DNA of 64,000 bases, taken from the NCBI GenBank assembly GCA_963804995.1, contig CAWDSK010000001.1, positions 160,001 to 224,000 on the forward strand, given 5' to 3'. Under the pieces are notes generated by a model. The model ran no database searches. It had not been told where the DNA came from and worked only from the letters and a program-made list of their open reading frames with translations. Both the position numbers and the translations under genes were made by a program. Source of the stretch: an uncultured Acidobacteriota bacterium. GTDB lineage: Bacteria; Acidobacteriota; Terriglobia; UBA7540. Shown here piece after piece: positions 1-9,623 of the stretch (the stretch's first letter is position 1; each line of letters opens with the position of its first letter).

Positions 1-119
1 CAGTCATCGCAGGAAGGCCGCAGGCCAAACCGATCGAAGATAGGCACGGTCTCGGGAAACTTCAGCTTCACTTCGCGCATGGTCTCTCCGCCCCGCACCA
101 GATCAGTGAATTGCAACAT
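1..119 (-). CDS. 5' part of a small protein running off the window, possibly ScdA-N/DUF542-like
   Basis: Manual translation from ATG at 119, with GGAGG upstream and overlapping the radical SAM stop: MLQFTDLVRGGETMREVKLKFPETVPIFDRFGLRPSCDD; PETxxxFxxxG...C pattern. Confidence 0.55.
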   Translation of the reverse strand, partial: MLQFTDLVRGGETMREVKLKFPETVPIFDRFGLRPSCDD

Positions 120-1317
120 GGCTTGCCTCCCTCTCCTTGCGGTCCGGCTCCGCCTGCCGGGGTTGGTAGACGCAGAAAGGTTCCTCGTCCAGGTAGTCTC
201 CCGTGGCGGCATAGGCCCGCGCGCGGCAGCCCATGCAAATGTTGCGGAACTCGCAATAGCCGCATTTGCCTTTCAGGTTATCGGTGTCGCGCAGCTCACG
301 GAAGACTGGAGCGTTTTCCCAGATCTCTTCCAAAGTCTGCTCGTGGAGATTACCCGCCAAGGCTGGCAGATATCCGCAAGGAAAAACTTCTCCTTGATAA
401 GATATGAAGCACACGCCGGTGCCCGCCAAACAGCCTTTAGTCATAGCCTGCATGCTGTCAGGATGGCCCGCGACAGGATGCCCCGCGTGGGGATGGAGTC
501 CGATTCCTGTCGAGCCGGGCATGGTCATTTCCGTGGGGCCGATATCGTGACCGATACCTTCTGCGGCAGGCGGGGCGATGGAAGCGGCACGGCGTTCCGC
601 AGCGCGACGCTGCCGCGCCACGCGGAAGTAGTGCGGCGCGCAGGTGGCTTTCAATTCGATGCCGCCTTCCTGGGCGCGGTCGTAGAACCAGTTCAGAATT
701 CTTTCGTATTCGTCGGCCGGGACCATCTGGTCTTCAGCAATGTCCACTCCACAGCCGACCGGAACCAGCAGAAAAGTGTGGAGCGCGTCCGCACCCAGCC
801 GGCGCGCCAGATCCAGAACGGCGGGAAGCTGGTGCGCGTTGTGCCGCGCGATGGTCATGTTGATCTGCACCGACATGCCGAGTTCCTTCAAATTTCGCAG
901 GCCGTGCAGGGCCTTATCAAATGCTCCCGGGATGCCTCGAAAGGCATCGTGGGTAGCGGCGTCCGCTCCGTCCAAACTGATGGAGACGCGGCGCACGCCG
1001 GCATCCACGATCTTGTGTGCTACTTCTTTGCTGACCAGAGTTCCATTGGTCGCCAGCGCCACGCGCAATCCACACTCGCGCGCGTAGCGGGCCAATTCAA
1101 AAATGTCGTCACGAAAGAGAGGTTCGCCACCGCTTAGAACTAGGATAGGTAGGGATAACTGTGAGATTTGCTTTATTATGTTCAGGGCTTTGGTTGTTGG
1201 TAGGTCATTTGTGGATGAGAGTTCCGTAGCGGTGGCACGACAGTGGATGCAACGCAGGTTGCAACCCTTGGTCACCTCCCAAAAGATGAGTCGCGGTTTG
1301 TAAGTTGCAATTTTCAT
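103..1317 (-). CDS. ahbD: Radical SAM/SPASM protein, AhbD-like (AdoMet-dependent heme synthase / Fe-coproporphyrin decarboxylase)
   Basis: RLIFWEVTKGCNLRCIHCRA (CxxxCxxC), LLVPVGCG, LKATCAPHYFR, His-rich insert, TKGCLAGTG...PCGYL and CGYCEFRNICMGCRARA SPASM cysteines. Confidence 0.8.
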   Translation of the reverse strand: MKIATYKPRLIFWEVTKGCNLRCIHCRATATELSSTNDLPTTKALNIIKQISQLSLPILVLSGGEPLFRDDIFELARYARECGLRVALATNGTLVSKEVAHKIVDAGVRRVSISLDGADAATHDAFRGIPGAFDKALHGLRNLKELGMSVQINMTIARHNAHQLPAVLDLARRLGADALHTFLLVPVGCGVDIAEDQMVPADEYERILNWFYDRAQEGGIELKATCAPHYFRVARQRRAAERRAASIAPPAAEGIGHDIGPTEMTMPGSTGIGLHPHAGHPVAGHPDSMQAMTKGCLAGTGVCFISYQGEVFPCGYLPALAGNLHEQTLEEIWENAPVFRELRDTDNLKGKCGYCEFRNICMGCRARAYAATGDYLDEEPFCVYQPRQAEPDRKEREASHVAIH

Positions 1318-1352
1318 CAGCAGTTCACGACTCGAAAATCAAACAAGCTGTT

Positions 1353-1640
1353 TTACGCAGCTTGCTCTTCCAAGAGCACGTCGTTCTCCATTGTCCCGAC
1401 CTGCTCTGGTAATTCCTTAATAATTTCCTCTGCCGTCAAGTAGCAAGCAGGGTCATACATCCATTCAAATTGCAGGCCTGAGTCACCTGCCAGACAACCC
1501 GGGGGGGCGGAACCATTCCCCTCGTGCGACGCGAGGAACGGATCTGCCGCTCCGGCTTCCGCCTGGCGCCCCGGCTCCCACGATTGAGGGGCGGCGTTTG
1601 CCGCATAGGAATAGCAAAGGTCTGTGATGTCCAGCATCAC
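1353..1640 (-). CDS. Small acidic protein carrying an AhbC/NirJ-like C-terminal motif
   Basis: 95 aa, GTG start after AAGAGG, between a sigma54 promoter and ahbD; contains WMYDPACYLTAEEI. Confidence 0.65.
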   Translation of the reverse strand: MMLDITDLCYSYAANAAPQSWEPGRQAEAGAADPFLASHEGNGSAPPGCLAGDSGLQFEWMYDPACYLTAEEIIKELPEQVGTMENDVLLEEQAA

Positions 1641-1807
1641 GTGCCTCTTAACGACTCATATTCTCTGCTGAGGGTTTGCCCGTAACGCGATTGAATTTAT
1701 TTATGGGGGCTGAAGATCCCGGTTCGTCCGATTTCCGTTATCCCCAACCCCCAACCTGGTTTTTTCCAGGTTCCTAGGACCCGAAGTCCCTCGCACCCAG
1801 ATATAGG

Positions 1808-1823
1808 GCAACAATTGTGCCAA
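1808..1823 (-). promoter_or_regulatory. Sigma54 -24/-12 promoter
   Basis: Minus strand reads TTGGCAC-AATTG-TTGC, an exact match to TGGCAC-N5-TTGC. Confidence 0.8.
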
Positions 1824-2313
1824 ACAGTCCCACAAACCAAGTTCATGGTGGCTAATCGAGGATATATTGTAATTAAAGGGCTTAGCTATACACGGCCAAT
1901 CCTTGCAGTCAATCCAGTGCCAAGATATCCCCCGGCGTCAATGCGCAAAATGACGGACATCATGTCACTGATGGTGTGAAAAAGCGCAAAGCTTCTGTGG
2001 GACAGCATCGTGTTGGGGAATCGGAGCCATTCGACCCTATGGGGCCGTAGTCCCACCCTGCCCATTGTGAGTCGGACCAAACGCCCCCCGGTGCGAATAA
2101 AGCATCAAAGGTGGAAAGCAATATTGCAAGCCCACGCAATCATCTTCGCCCCAAGCTGCGTCCGCACCTGATTAGTTTGCACGGATTGGAAGCTCCGGGT
2201 CTTTCGACTATAATGGCTGCCGGTCACAGTGACTCCCCCTGCGACGTGCTGCGAGCCTCCGAACCTTGGACCCAGCGATCCAGCCGCGCAATGTGTGACT
2301 CGGATGGTAATGC

Positions 2314-2811
2314 ATGGCGGACGCAACAACACCCCCCGGCACGGAGAACCGTGTCATTTACAGCGTAACGGAGATCATGAAGTTTCTCCCGCACCGCTAT
2401 CCGTTTCTGCTGGTGGACCGGATCGTGGAGATGGACCCGCCCCAGCGCATCGTGGGGCTGAAGAACGTCACCATCAACGAGCAGTTCTTTCAAGGACATT
2501 TCCCCGGCGCGCCGGTCATGCCGGGGGTTCTCATCCTGGAAGCCATGGCGCAGGTGGCCGGCGTGATGCTTTACCGTGACGTGCCCGACGAGGAGAAGGC
2601 CCGGAAGCTCATCTACTTTACGGGCGTCGACAACGCCAAGTTTCGCCGTCCCGTAGTGCCCGGTGACCAATTGCGCATCGAAATGGAGCTGCTGCATCGC
2701 CGCAATACATACGGCAAGGCGTCGGGACGCGCGCTGGTGGAAGGAAAGCTCGCGGCAGAAGCCATCGTGATGTTCGCGATCGCTGATCGCCCAGGTCAAT
2801 CAAGCTCATGA
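2314..2811 (+). CDS. fabZ: 3-hydroxyacyl-ACP dehydratase
   Basis: LPHRYPFLLVDRI, FFQGHFPGAPVMPGVLILEAMAQ. Confidence 0.97.
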   Translation: MADATTPPGTENRVIYSVTEIMKFLPHRYPFLLVDRIVEMDPPQRIVGLKNVTINEQFFQGHFPGAPVMPGVLILEAMAQVAGVMLYRDVPDEEKARKLIYFTGVDNAKFRRPVVPGDQLRIEMELLHRRNTYGKASGRALVEGKLAAEAIVMFAIADRPGQSSS

Positions 2812-3581
2812 AAGCACATCCCACCGCAATTATTCATCCTGGCGCGCAGGTAGCCTGCAATGTAACTGTGGGCCCCTACACGGTCATCGGCGAGAACGTG
2901 GAAATCTGTGAAGATACGGAAATCATGTCGCATGTGGTGATCGATGGCCACACGCGCCTGGGCAAGGGCAACAAGGTTTACCCCTGGGCGTCGGTGGGAC
3001 TGGCTCCCCAGGACTTGAAATATCGCGGCGAGCCGACGCGCGTTGACATCGGTGACGGCAACACCCTCCGCGAGTTCCTCACCATCCACCGCGGCACGGG
3101 CGAGACCGGAGTAACCCGCATCGGCGACCACAACCTGCTGATGGCTTACGTCCATATCGCCCACGACTGCGTGATCGGCAATCATGTCATCATGGGTAAT
3201 GCCGCATCACTGGCTGGACACGTGGAGATACAGGATTTCGCCATCGTGGAACCCTTCTGCGGCATCCACCAGTTCTGCCGGGTGGGCCAATACGCTTTCC
3301 TGGGAGCCTACTCGGTGATCAACAAGGATATCGTGCCGTACTCGAAGATGTCCGCGCCGCGGCCGGTGGACATGTACGGCGCCAACACCGTCGGCCTGGA
3401 GCGCCACGGCATCCGCAAGGAGGAGATCGACGAATTGCAGGCCGCCCTCAAGCTGCTCTCACGTTCCAAGCTGAACACCACCCAGGCACTCGAGGCCATC
3501 GAAGCCCGCCAGTTCCAGTCTTCTCACGTCCGCACACTCGTGGAGTTCATCAAGACGAGTACGCGGGGAGTGGCGAAGTGA
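2808..3581 (+). CDS. lpxA: Acyl-ACP:UDP-GlcNAc acyltransferase
   Basis: Hexapeptide repeats, PQDLKY, HIAHDC; ATGA overlap with fabZ. Confidence 0.96.
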   Translation: MKAHPTAIIHPGAQVACNVTVGPYTVIGENVEICEDTEIMSHVVIDGHTRLGKGNKVYPWASVGLAPQDLKYRGEPTRVDIGDGNTLREFLTIHRGTGETGVTRIGDHNLLMAYVHIAHDCVIGNHVIMGNAASLAGHVEIQDFAIVEPFCGIHQFCRVGQYAFLGAYSVINKDIVPYSKMSAPRPVDMYGANTVGLERHGIRKEEIDELQAALKLLSRSKLNTTQALEAIEARQFQSSHVRTLVEFIKTSTRGVAK

Positions 3582-3619
3582 AGCTATTGATCCATCGGGG
3601 CAGCAGGTCATCTAAGGGC

Positions 3620-3752
3620 TGTCCGTGGTCCGTTGTCCGTAGTCAGTGGCTTCAATCATGCGAACTCCGTCGTTCCTATGCAACGGACAACGAACTACGG
3701 ACAACTGGCAGCTAGTAAATGGCCAGATGACCCGATTACTCAATGACCCGAT
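3620..3752. repeat. Inverted heptamer arrays (GTCCGTN / ACGGACA) followed by a CCGATNA-type array
   Basis: gtccgtggtccgttgtccgtag ... caacggacaacgaactacggacaac. Confidence 0.65.
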
Positions 3753-3758
3753 AACCCT

Positions 3759-4583
3759 ATGACTCAGTCTTCCAACTCCCACGGCCGCTACGCCATCATT
3801 GCCGGTAACGGACATTTTCCTTTCCTGGTCTTGGATGCGGCCCGGGACCAGGGTCTGGAGCCGCTGGTCGTAGCCATCAAGGAAGAAGCTGCGCCGGAGC
3901 TCGCCGAGAAGGCCCAGGATATCCGGTGGCTGAGCCTGGGTGAAGTTGGCAAATGTCTCGACCTGCTGTGTGCCGAAAAGGTCAGCAAGGTGGTGTTGGC
4001 CGGGCAAGTGAAGCATGCGCAATTGTTCAGCGCCATCAAGCCGGACGGCCTGGTAAACCGCATGTTGCAAGGGCTCTCCCGCAAGAATACGGATGCCCTG
4101 ATCGGGGCCTTCGTGCGCATGATTGAGAACCGCGGCATGCAGGTGTTGGATTCAACCCTGTTTCTGAAACCCTTGCTGCCGGAGCCTGGCCCGCTTACCG
4201 TACGCGCGCCGGATGATGACGAGCTGGCTGACATCGCTTACGGGCGTGAGATTGCCAAGCAGATTGCCGGTCTCGACCTCGGCCAGACCCTCGTGGTGGC
4301 AGATCGCGCCTGCATCGCCGTCGAAGCCATGGAAGGCACCGACGCCACCATCGAACGCGCCGCGGGCCTCAGTAACGGACGCCGCCTGGTGGTCGTCAAA
4401 GTAAGTAAGCCCCAGCAGGATATGCGTTTCGACGTTCCTGTGGTGGGGAGGAAAACCATCCAGGTCATGCAGAAGTCGAAGGCTACTGTTCTCGCCGTGG
4501 ATGCGGGCAAAACGCTGCTGTTCGACAGGGTAAAGTTGCTCGAGGATGCGAATCAGGCGGGAATCGCGATCCTGGGAATGTGA
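3759..4583 (+). CDS. lpxI: UDP-2,3-diacylglucosamine pyrophosphatase LpxI (DUF1009)
   Basis: IIAGNGHFP, DLGQTLVV, AVEAMEGTD, KPQQDMRFDVPVVG. Confidence 0.93.
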   Translation: MTQSSNSHGRYAIIAGNGHFPFLVLDAARDQGLEPLVVAIKEEAAPELAEKAQDIRWLSLGEVGKCLDLLCAEKVSKVVLAGQVKHAQLFSAIKPDGLVNRMLQGLSRKNTDALIGAFVRMIENRGMQVLDSTLFLKPLLPEPGPLTVRAPDDDELADIAYGREIAKQIAGLDLGQTLVVADRACIAVEAMEGTDATIERAAGLSNGRRLVVVKVSKPQQDMRFDVPVVGRKTIQVMQKSKATVLAVDAGKTLLFDRVKLLEDANQAGIAILGM

Positions 4584-4651
4584 GTAACGAAACTCGAAAA
4601 TCGAAATCCGAAACTCGTGGGTGCTGCATCGAATTTCGACTTTCAAATTAG

Positions 4652-5638
4652 ATGAGCGAAAAGATTCCGGTCGCGGTGCTGGGCGTCGGTGAACACGGCA
4701 AGAAGCACGCCCGTGCGTTCAAAGAGATTGCCGGGGCGGAGCTAGTGGGCGTTTACGACCTGCGTCCGGAGCGTGCGAGTGAAATGGCCGCGGAACTTGG
4801 CGTGCGCGCCTTCGCGAGTCTGGATGAGGCACTTACCGCAGCGCGCGCCGTCAGCGTGGTGATTCCAACCAGCGAGCACGCCGCCGTGGCCCGCCAAGCC
4901 TTCACCCGCGGCGTGGACGTACTGCTTGAAAAGCCTCTGACCCGCACCGTGGAGGAAGCAGACGAGCTAATTGAGCAGGCGGAGCGCGGAGGGCACATCC
5001 TCCAGGCGGGGCACCTGGAGCGTTTCAATCCCGGCGTGGTGGCGGCCAAGGCGGCGACCACGCACCCCATGTTCTTTGAAATTCATCGCATGGGAGTCTT
5101 CAGCCCGCGCAGTCTCGATGTCGACGTGGTTTTTGACTTGATGATTCACGATCTGGATCTTGTTTTGTGGATGGTCGATTCACCCTGGCGCGATGTCCGC
5201 GCCGTGGGGTTGCCGGTGCTCTCTGACAAGGTGGATATCGCCAACGCGCGTGTGGAATTTGCTAACGGGGCCGTGGCCAACCTTACCGCCAGCCGCGTGA
5301 GTACGGAGAAGGTTCGTAAATTCCGCTACTTCCAGCCCAACGAATATTTCTCAATCGATTTCACGCGGCGCGATGCCGGCCTGATCCGTGTGGAACGCAC
5401 TGGGCCGACCCCTCGCATCGCCTTCCAGAAGCTGACGACCACTCCGCAGGAACCCCTCAAGGCGGAGCTGGAGGCTTTTGTGGAGTCGGTTCGGACACGA
5501 CGCCCGCCCCTGGTCGGCGGTCACGAAGGAAAACAGGCTTTGGCATTAGCCGAACAGGTCATGATTTGCATCGAACAACATGCGGCCCTCGTCAACGTCC
5601 CCATGGGTCGTTCCGTCGGCCAGAGTGGTGAGTCATAG
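4652..5638 (+). CDS. Gfo/Idh/MocA oxidoreductase, GnnA-like UDP-GlcNAc 3-dehydrogenase candidate
   Basis: GVGEHG Rossmann motif, EKP, GHLERFNP, DLMIHDLD; lies in the lipid A cluster. Confidence 0.85.
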   Translation: MSEKIPVAVLGVGEHGKKHARAFKEIAGAELVGVYDLRPERASEMAAELGVRAFASLDEALTAARAVSVVIPTSEHAAVARQAFTRGVDVLLEKPLTRTVEEADELIEQAERGGHILQAGHLERFNPGVVAAKAATTHPMFFEIHRMGVFSPRSLDVDVVFDLMIHDLDLVLWMVDSPWRDVRAVGLPVLSDKVDIANARVEFANGAVANLTASRVSTEKVRKFRYFQPNEYFSIDFTRRDAGLIRVERTGPTPRIAFQKLTTTPQEPLKAELEAFVESVRTRRPPLVGGHEGKQALALAEQVMICIEQHAALVNVPMGRSVGQSGES

Positions 5639-5690
5639 GACCTGAGAGACATCCACCGGCAAAAGAAATGTCTGGCGTGAAAAACATTTG

Positions 5691-6746
5691 ATGAGTACGC
5701 AAACCCCAATCGATCTCTGGCGTGCAGAACATTCGACCAGTGTGGAAATCCCGATACACTTACTGGTGGAAATCGACCCGGAGGTCGCCCGTTGGCGCCG
5801 ACGCACGTTGTTCCTGACCTCGGTAATGCTGCACATTTTTCTTGTATTGTTCATTGTCTACGCGCCCGACATTTTCCGCCGTGGCAGGCTCCTGATGGGG
5901 ATTCCCGTCACGGCCCGGCCACAGCAGCAGATAACAACCTTGTTTCTGCCGCCGGACTTGTTGAAGTCGCTGCGCGAACCGCCTCCCGAGGCGCGCAATC
6001 CCTCTGACAAGAACCGCCGTGCCCAGGGACCTTCACCCACGATCGATCCCAATGGCGTGCACATGCCCTATTCGCGCGGGAACACAGAATTGCCGGAGAT
6101 GGCACGTGGAGGCGGAGCCCCTCCACCGCCAGCCGCCGCGCCGACGCCGCCTCCGGGTGGACCTCCTTCGCCGCAGCCGAATCCGGCTCCTCCCCCGCCG
6201 CCCAAAACCGACAACAGCTTGCGCTTCGAAGATGTCAAGCCGGAGACCGGGGGCGGAGGCAAATTCCGCTTGCCTTCGATGACACCCGGCCAGGCCATTC
6301 AGGAATCGATGCAAACCGCCGCGCGGGGAGGTTATCACCCTGGCCAAGTCGGACCGGGCGGTGGGGGCGATTCCGATATGCAGTTTAACAATCTGCACCC
6401 CAACTTCTCAACGGAAGCGCCGATCATTCTTTCAGACACCCGCGGCGTGGATTTTGGACCTTACCTCGCACGCATTGTCTATATCGTGCGGCGCAATTGG
6501 TATTCCGTGATTCCGGAATCAGCGCGCCTTGGCGAAAAAGGGCGGTCGGCCGTAGTTTTCGAAATCCTTAAAGATGGCTCTGTGCCGCAATTGCGCTTGG
6601 TCGGCTCCTCAGGCTCCGATCCGCTCAACCGCGCTGCGGTGGCGGGCATTCACGCCTCCATTCCCTTCCCACCTCTCCCCGATGAGTTCACGGGTAACCA
6701 CCTCGTCTTGCAGTTCATCTTCCTCTACAACCTTGCTCCCCAGTAA
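5691..6746 (+). CDS. TonB family protein (TM anchor, Pro-rich linker, TonB_C domain)
   Basis: SVMLHIFLV TM with SxxxH, Pro-rich stretch, DFGPYLARI...FPPLPDEF. Confidence 0.88.
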   Translation: MSTQTPIDLWRAEHSTSVEIPIHLLVEIDPEVARWRRRTLFLTSVMLHIFLVLFIVYAPDIFRRGRLLMGIPVTARPQQQITTLFLPPDLLKSLREPPPEARNPSDKNRRAQGPSPTIDPNGVHMPYSRGNTELPEMARGGGAPPPPAAAPTPPPGGPPSPQPNPAPPPPPKTDNSLRFEDVKPETGGGGKFRLPSMTPGQAIQESMQTAARGGYHPGQVGPGGGGDSDMQFNNLHPNFSTEAPIILSDTRGVDFGPYLARIVYIVRRNWYSVIPESARLGEKGRSAVVFEILKDGSVPQLRLVGSSGSDPLNRAAVAGIHASIPFPPLPDEFTGNHLVLQFIFLYNLAPQ

Positions 6747-6943
6747 TGTTGCCTTCCCGGTTTCTGAGTTTGGATTCACGCGCCGCATGGCCGAGCCGAT
6801 GATGAAAAGTCATGCGCAAAACGTATGAGATCGGGGAATTTGGTGGGACAAGGGTCGCTTAGCCCCTCGTAGAGCAACATGTGGGACAGTCCCACTTGTT
6901 TACAAAAAGTGGCGGGTCGGCATAAACCGAGTGGGCGCTACGG

Positions 6944-8703
6944 TCACCCTGCCACAGGAAGCAGCAAGGTGAAAGTAGAGCCTTTGCCCAACTGGCTTTC
7001 GACGGTCACCGTGCCGTTCAGGCGTTCGATGATGTGCTTGACGATGGAGAGGCCGAGCCCCGTCCCGCCCACTTCGCGCGAGCGCGCCTTATCGACACGA
7101 TAGAAACGCTCGAAGATGCGGGGCAGGTCGTCGTGGGGAATGCCGATACCCGTGTCGGCAATGGAGATACTGATTTTACCCTCGCTGGGGCGCGTGACCT
7201 CGACCAGAACCTCCCCGGAGGGCCGGTTGAATTTCACGGCGTTATCCAGGAGATTCACGAAGGCCTGCTCAATCTGCACGCGGTCACCCAGAATCTGCGC
7301 GTCGTCCATACGCCCCCACACCAAGCGGACCTCGCGCAGGTTGGCTTCGCCCTCCACGGTTCGCAGTGCCGACTCCAGCGCCCCGCGCACCGAAATGGGT
7401 TCAGGAGCGGGCCGTCCCTTGCCGGATTCGAGTTCCGATAGCGTCAGCAGGTCGGAGGCGATGTTATTCAGCCGGATCGAGTGCGCCTTGATGATCTCCA
7501 GAAACCGGCGATTGTTTTCCTGATCCTCCAGCGCCCCTTCCAGAAGGGTTTCAGCATAGCCGCGGATGGCGGTAAGCGGCGTGCGCAGCTCATGCGAGAC
7601 GTTGGCAACAAAGTCCTTGCGAATACGTTCCAGGCGTTCAAGGTCGGTGATGTCGTGCAGAATGGCGAGCGCGCCCCGCACCGAACCCGAGGTCAGGGGT
7701 GCGGCCTGGACTTCGAAAACACGGTCGGCCGCGGCGGGGAGTTGTACGCGGCGCCTGATGAACTCGCCACCCTCCAGCACGCGGGCCAGGATTTCGCGCA
7801 TCTCAGGATCTCGCACCAGATCGACGAGGGGCAGCTTGGCGGGAATGGGATTAGGCGCCCCCACGGCGCGCGCAAACGATTCATTGGCGAAGGTGATGCG
7901 CAGGTTACTGTCCACCGCCAGCACGCCCTCCACCATGCTCGAACAGAATGGCCTCACGCTGCGCGGACTCCACACTCAGCCGCTCTAGCAAAAGCTTCAG
8001 CTCGGCGGCAGTGGAGTTCAGCGAGCGCCCCAGCGCGCCCAACTCATCGTCGTCATCTGGCAACCAGGCTGGCGCGGAGGGCACCCGCACCAGGCCCTCG
8101 GCGAGCGCCCGTAAACGCCCAATACGCAGGGTGAAGGAACGCGAGAAGAAATAGGCGATGATAAGGGCCACCAGCGCCGCCGCGAGCGACGCACGCAGGA
8201 TGCGCCAGCGCACCGCCGCGATGGAGGAGTCCAAGTCCTCAAGCGGCAAGGCCAGGCGCAACACGTACCCGGCTTCCCCAGCGTAGCTGGTACGCAGGGC
8301 CACGTAACAGAGGTCGCGATTGATCGTATCGCTGTGACGGATCGAACTACCCACACCGTTTTGGGAGGCCTGCTGAATCTCCGGGCGGGTCGAGTGGTTC
8401 TCCATGGTTTCGGGATCGTGATGAGAATCCGCCAGCACCACACCCTGCGGATTGATGAGGGTGACGCGCGCCCCCGCCCGCAGCGAAGCCTGGTGCGCCC
8501 AGTCCTCGAGTTGAGGCTGCGCTGTCCCCATGACTTCCGACTGGAGAATCCGCGCTTCCACTTCCAGCCGCTGCTCAACGCTCTGCACTTCACGCCCAGA
8601 CGTGTAGCGTGTGAGGTAGAAATCCGACACTCCCAAGGTGACAGCAATCAGAAGGAAGGCGCTGGCGATGAGTTTGCGAAAGATGGGGCTGCGAAAGGTC
8701 ATG
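6944..8703 (-). pseudogene. phoR: PhoR-like sensor histidine kinase, frameshifted near 7942 (real lesion or sequencing error)
   Basis: N-half (TM, DPETMENHSTRPEI, HAMP) and C-half (PAS, FVANVSHELRTPL, FERFYRVDKARSRE, GGTGLGL) are in different frames; removing one base restores EAILSSMVEGV. Confidence 0.85.
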
Positions 8704-8705
8704 AT

Positions 8706-8790
8706 ATTTTGGATTTTGGATTTGCGATTTTGGATTGGTGCGCGACAGCGTGCAGGCACGTCCGGCAATCCAGAACCTGAAATCCAATTG
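8706..8790. repeat. TTTTGGA/TCCAAAA heptamer arrays in inverted arrangement
   Basis: ttttggattttggatttgcgattttggattgg ... caatccagaacctgaaatccaa. Confidence 0.7.
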
Positions 8791-8949
8791 TGGTAGAGGC
8801 AGTGGCTACCGCAAGCGGCCTCTGTCCGCCGGGATTACACCACATCGGCACCGTGGGAGCAATGACTTTTGCATGTTACAGCCGGCTGGCGCAGGGCGCG
8901 CCCAGTTCTGCGATTTAATGCGAATCATGCTTGTGCTATGTAACAGCCG

Positions 8950-9083
8950 GTAGCGCGGAGGTGCGCGTAGTTTGCGTTCCTCCGCGGTCCTTCCCAAATA
9001 CGTGCGGTGTTCAGGTCTTTATTAACGCCAACGCGAGATGAAAAGCCGCACAGGAACGCAGAGTACGCGTACCTGTGCGCTAC
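8950..9083. repeat. GTAG-started REP-like inverted pair
   Basis: gtagcgcggaggtgcgcgtagtttgcgttcctccgcgg ... ccgcacaggaacgcagagtacgcgtacctgtgcgctac. Confidence 0.6.
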
Positions 9084-9623
9084 CCGCTGCAGCGGATCTG
9101 GGCGCTACCGGTGCCGAACGGGTAGCACACCGATTGCGGTTGCAAAGTCTGGGGCCCACGGAGGAGGGTCGGTGAGGTGTCTGGGAAATCGATGACGCGG
9201 CGGCAAGCCGGGCTCGTCAGACGCGCAAGACTAGCCGTCGGAACCCGCGACCTTGGCTCGGGCCTGCTTTAATGACAAATCTCGTTGTGTCGATGGCAGG
9301 AGAGGCGTACGATGCAGACGAGCAACGGGTCCAAATCGGAAATCCCGGTTATATCGTGTTCCGTGGAATTCCGTGAGATCAACTGCTTGCAGAGTAATCA
9401 AGGGAAAGAGGAGTATTCGGAATGAATGGATGTGCTTCATACACTGCGCGGGTGACCGCAAACAGGTGAGATGGGTGTATGATATGCACCGATTTTGAAG
9501 CCCAAAGGGAGTTTCCGGTTGAGTGGCTTTGGTGAACGCAATACCAACTCAGACGTAATTCATGAGCGAGCAACTCTTGCCCCCCCGCGCCTAGGTTAGG
9601 GCATTGGGGAAGGAGGCCACACT

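Noticed and set aside
1353..1640. RiPP precursor for the adjacent SPASM enzyme
   Set aside because: The enzyme has AhbD-type motifs, no RRE, protease or exporter is visible in the window, and the peptide is better explained by AhbC-like termini. Kept only as an alternative.
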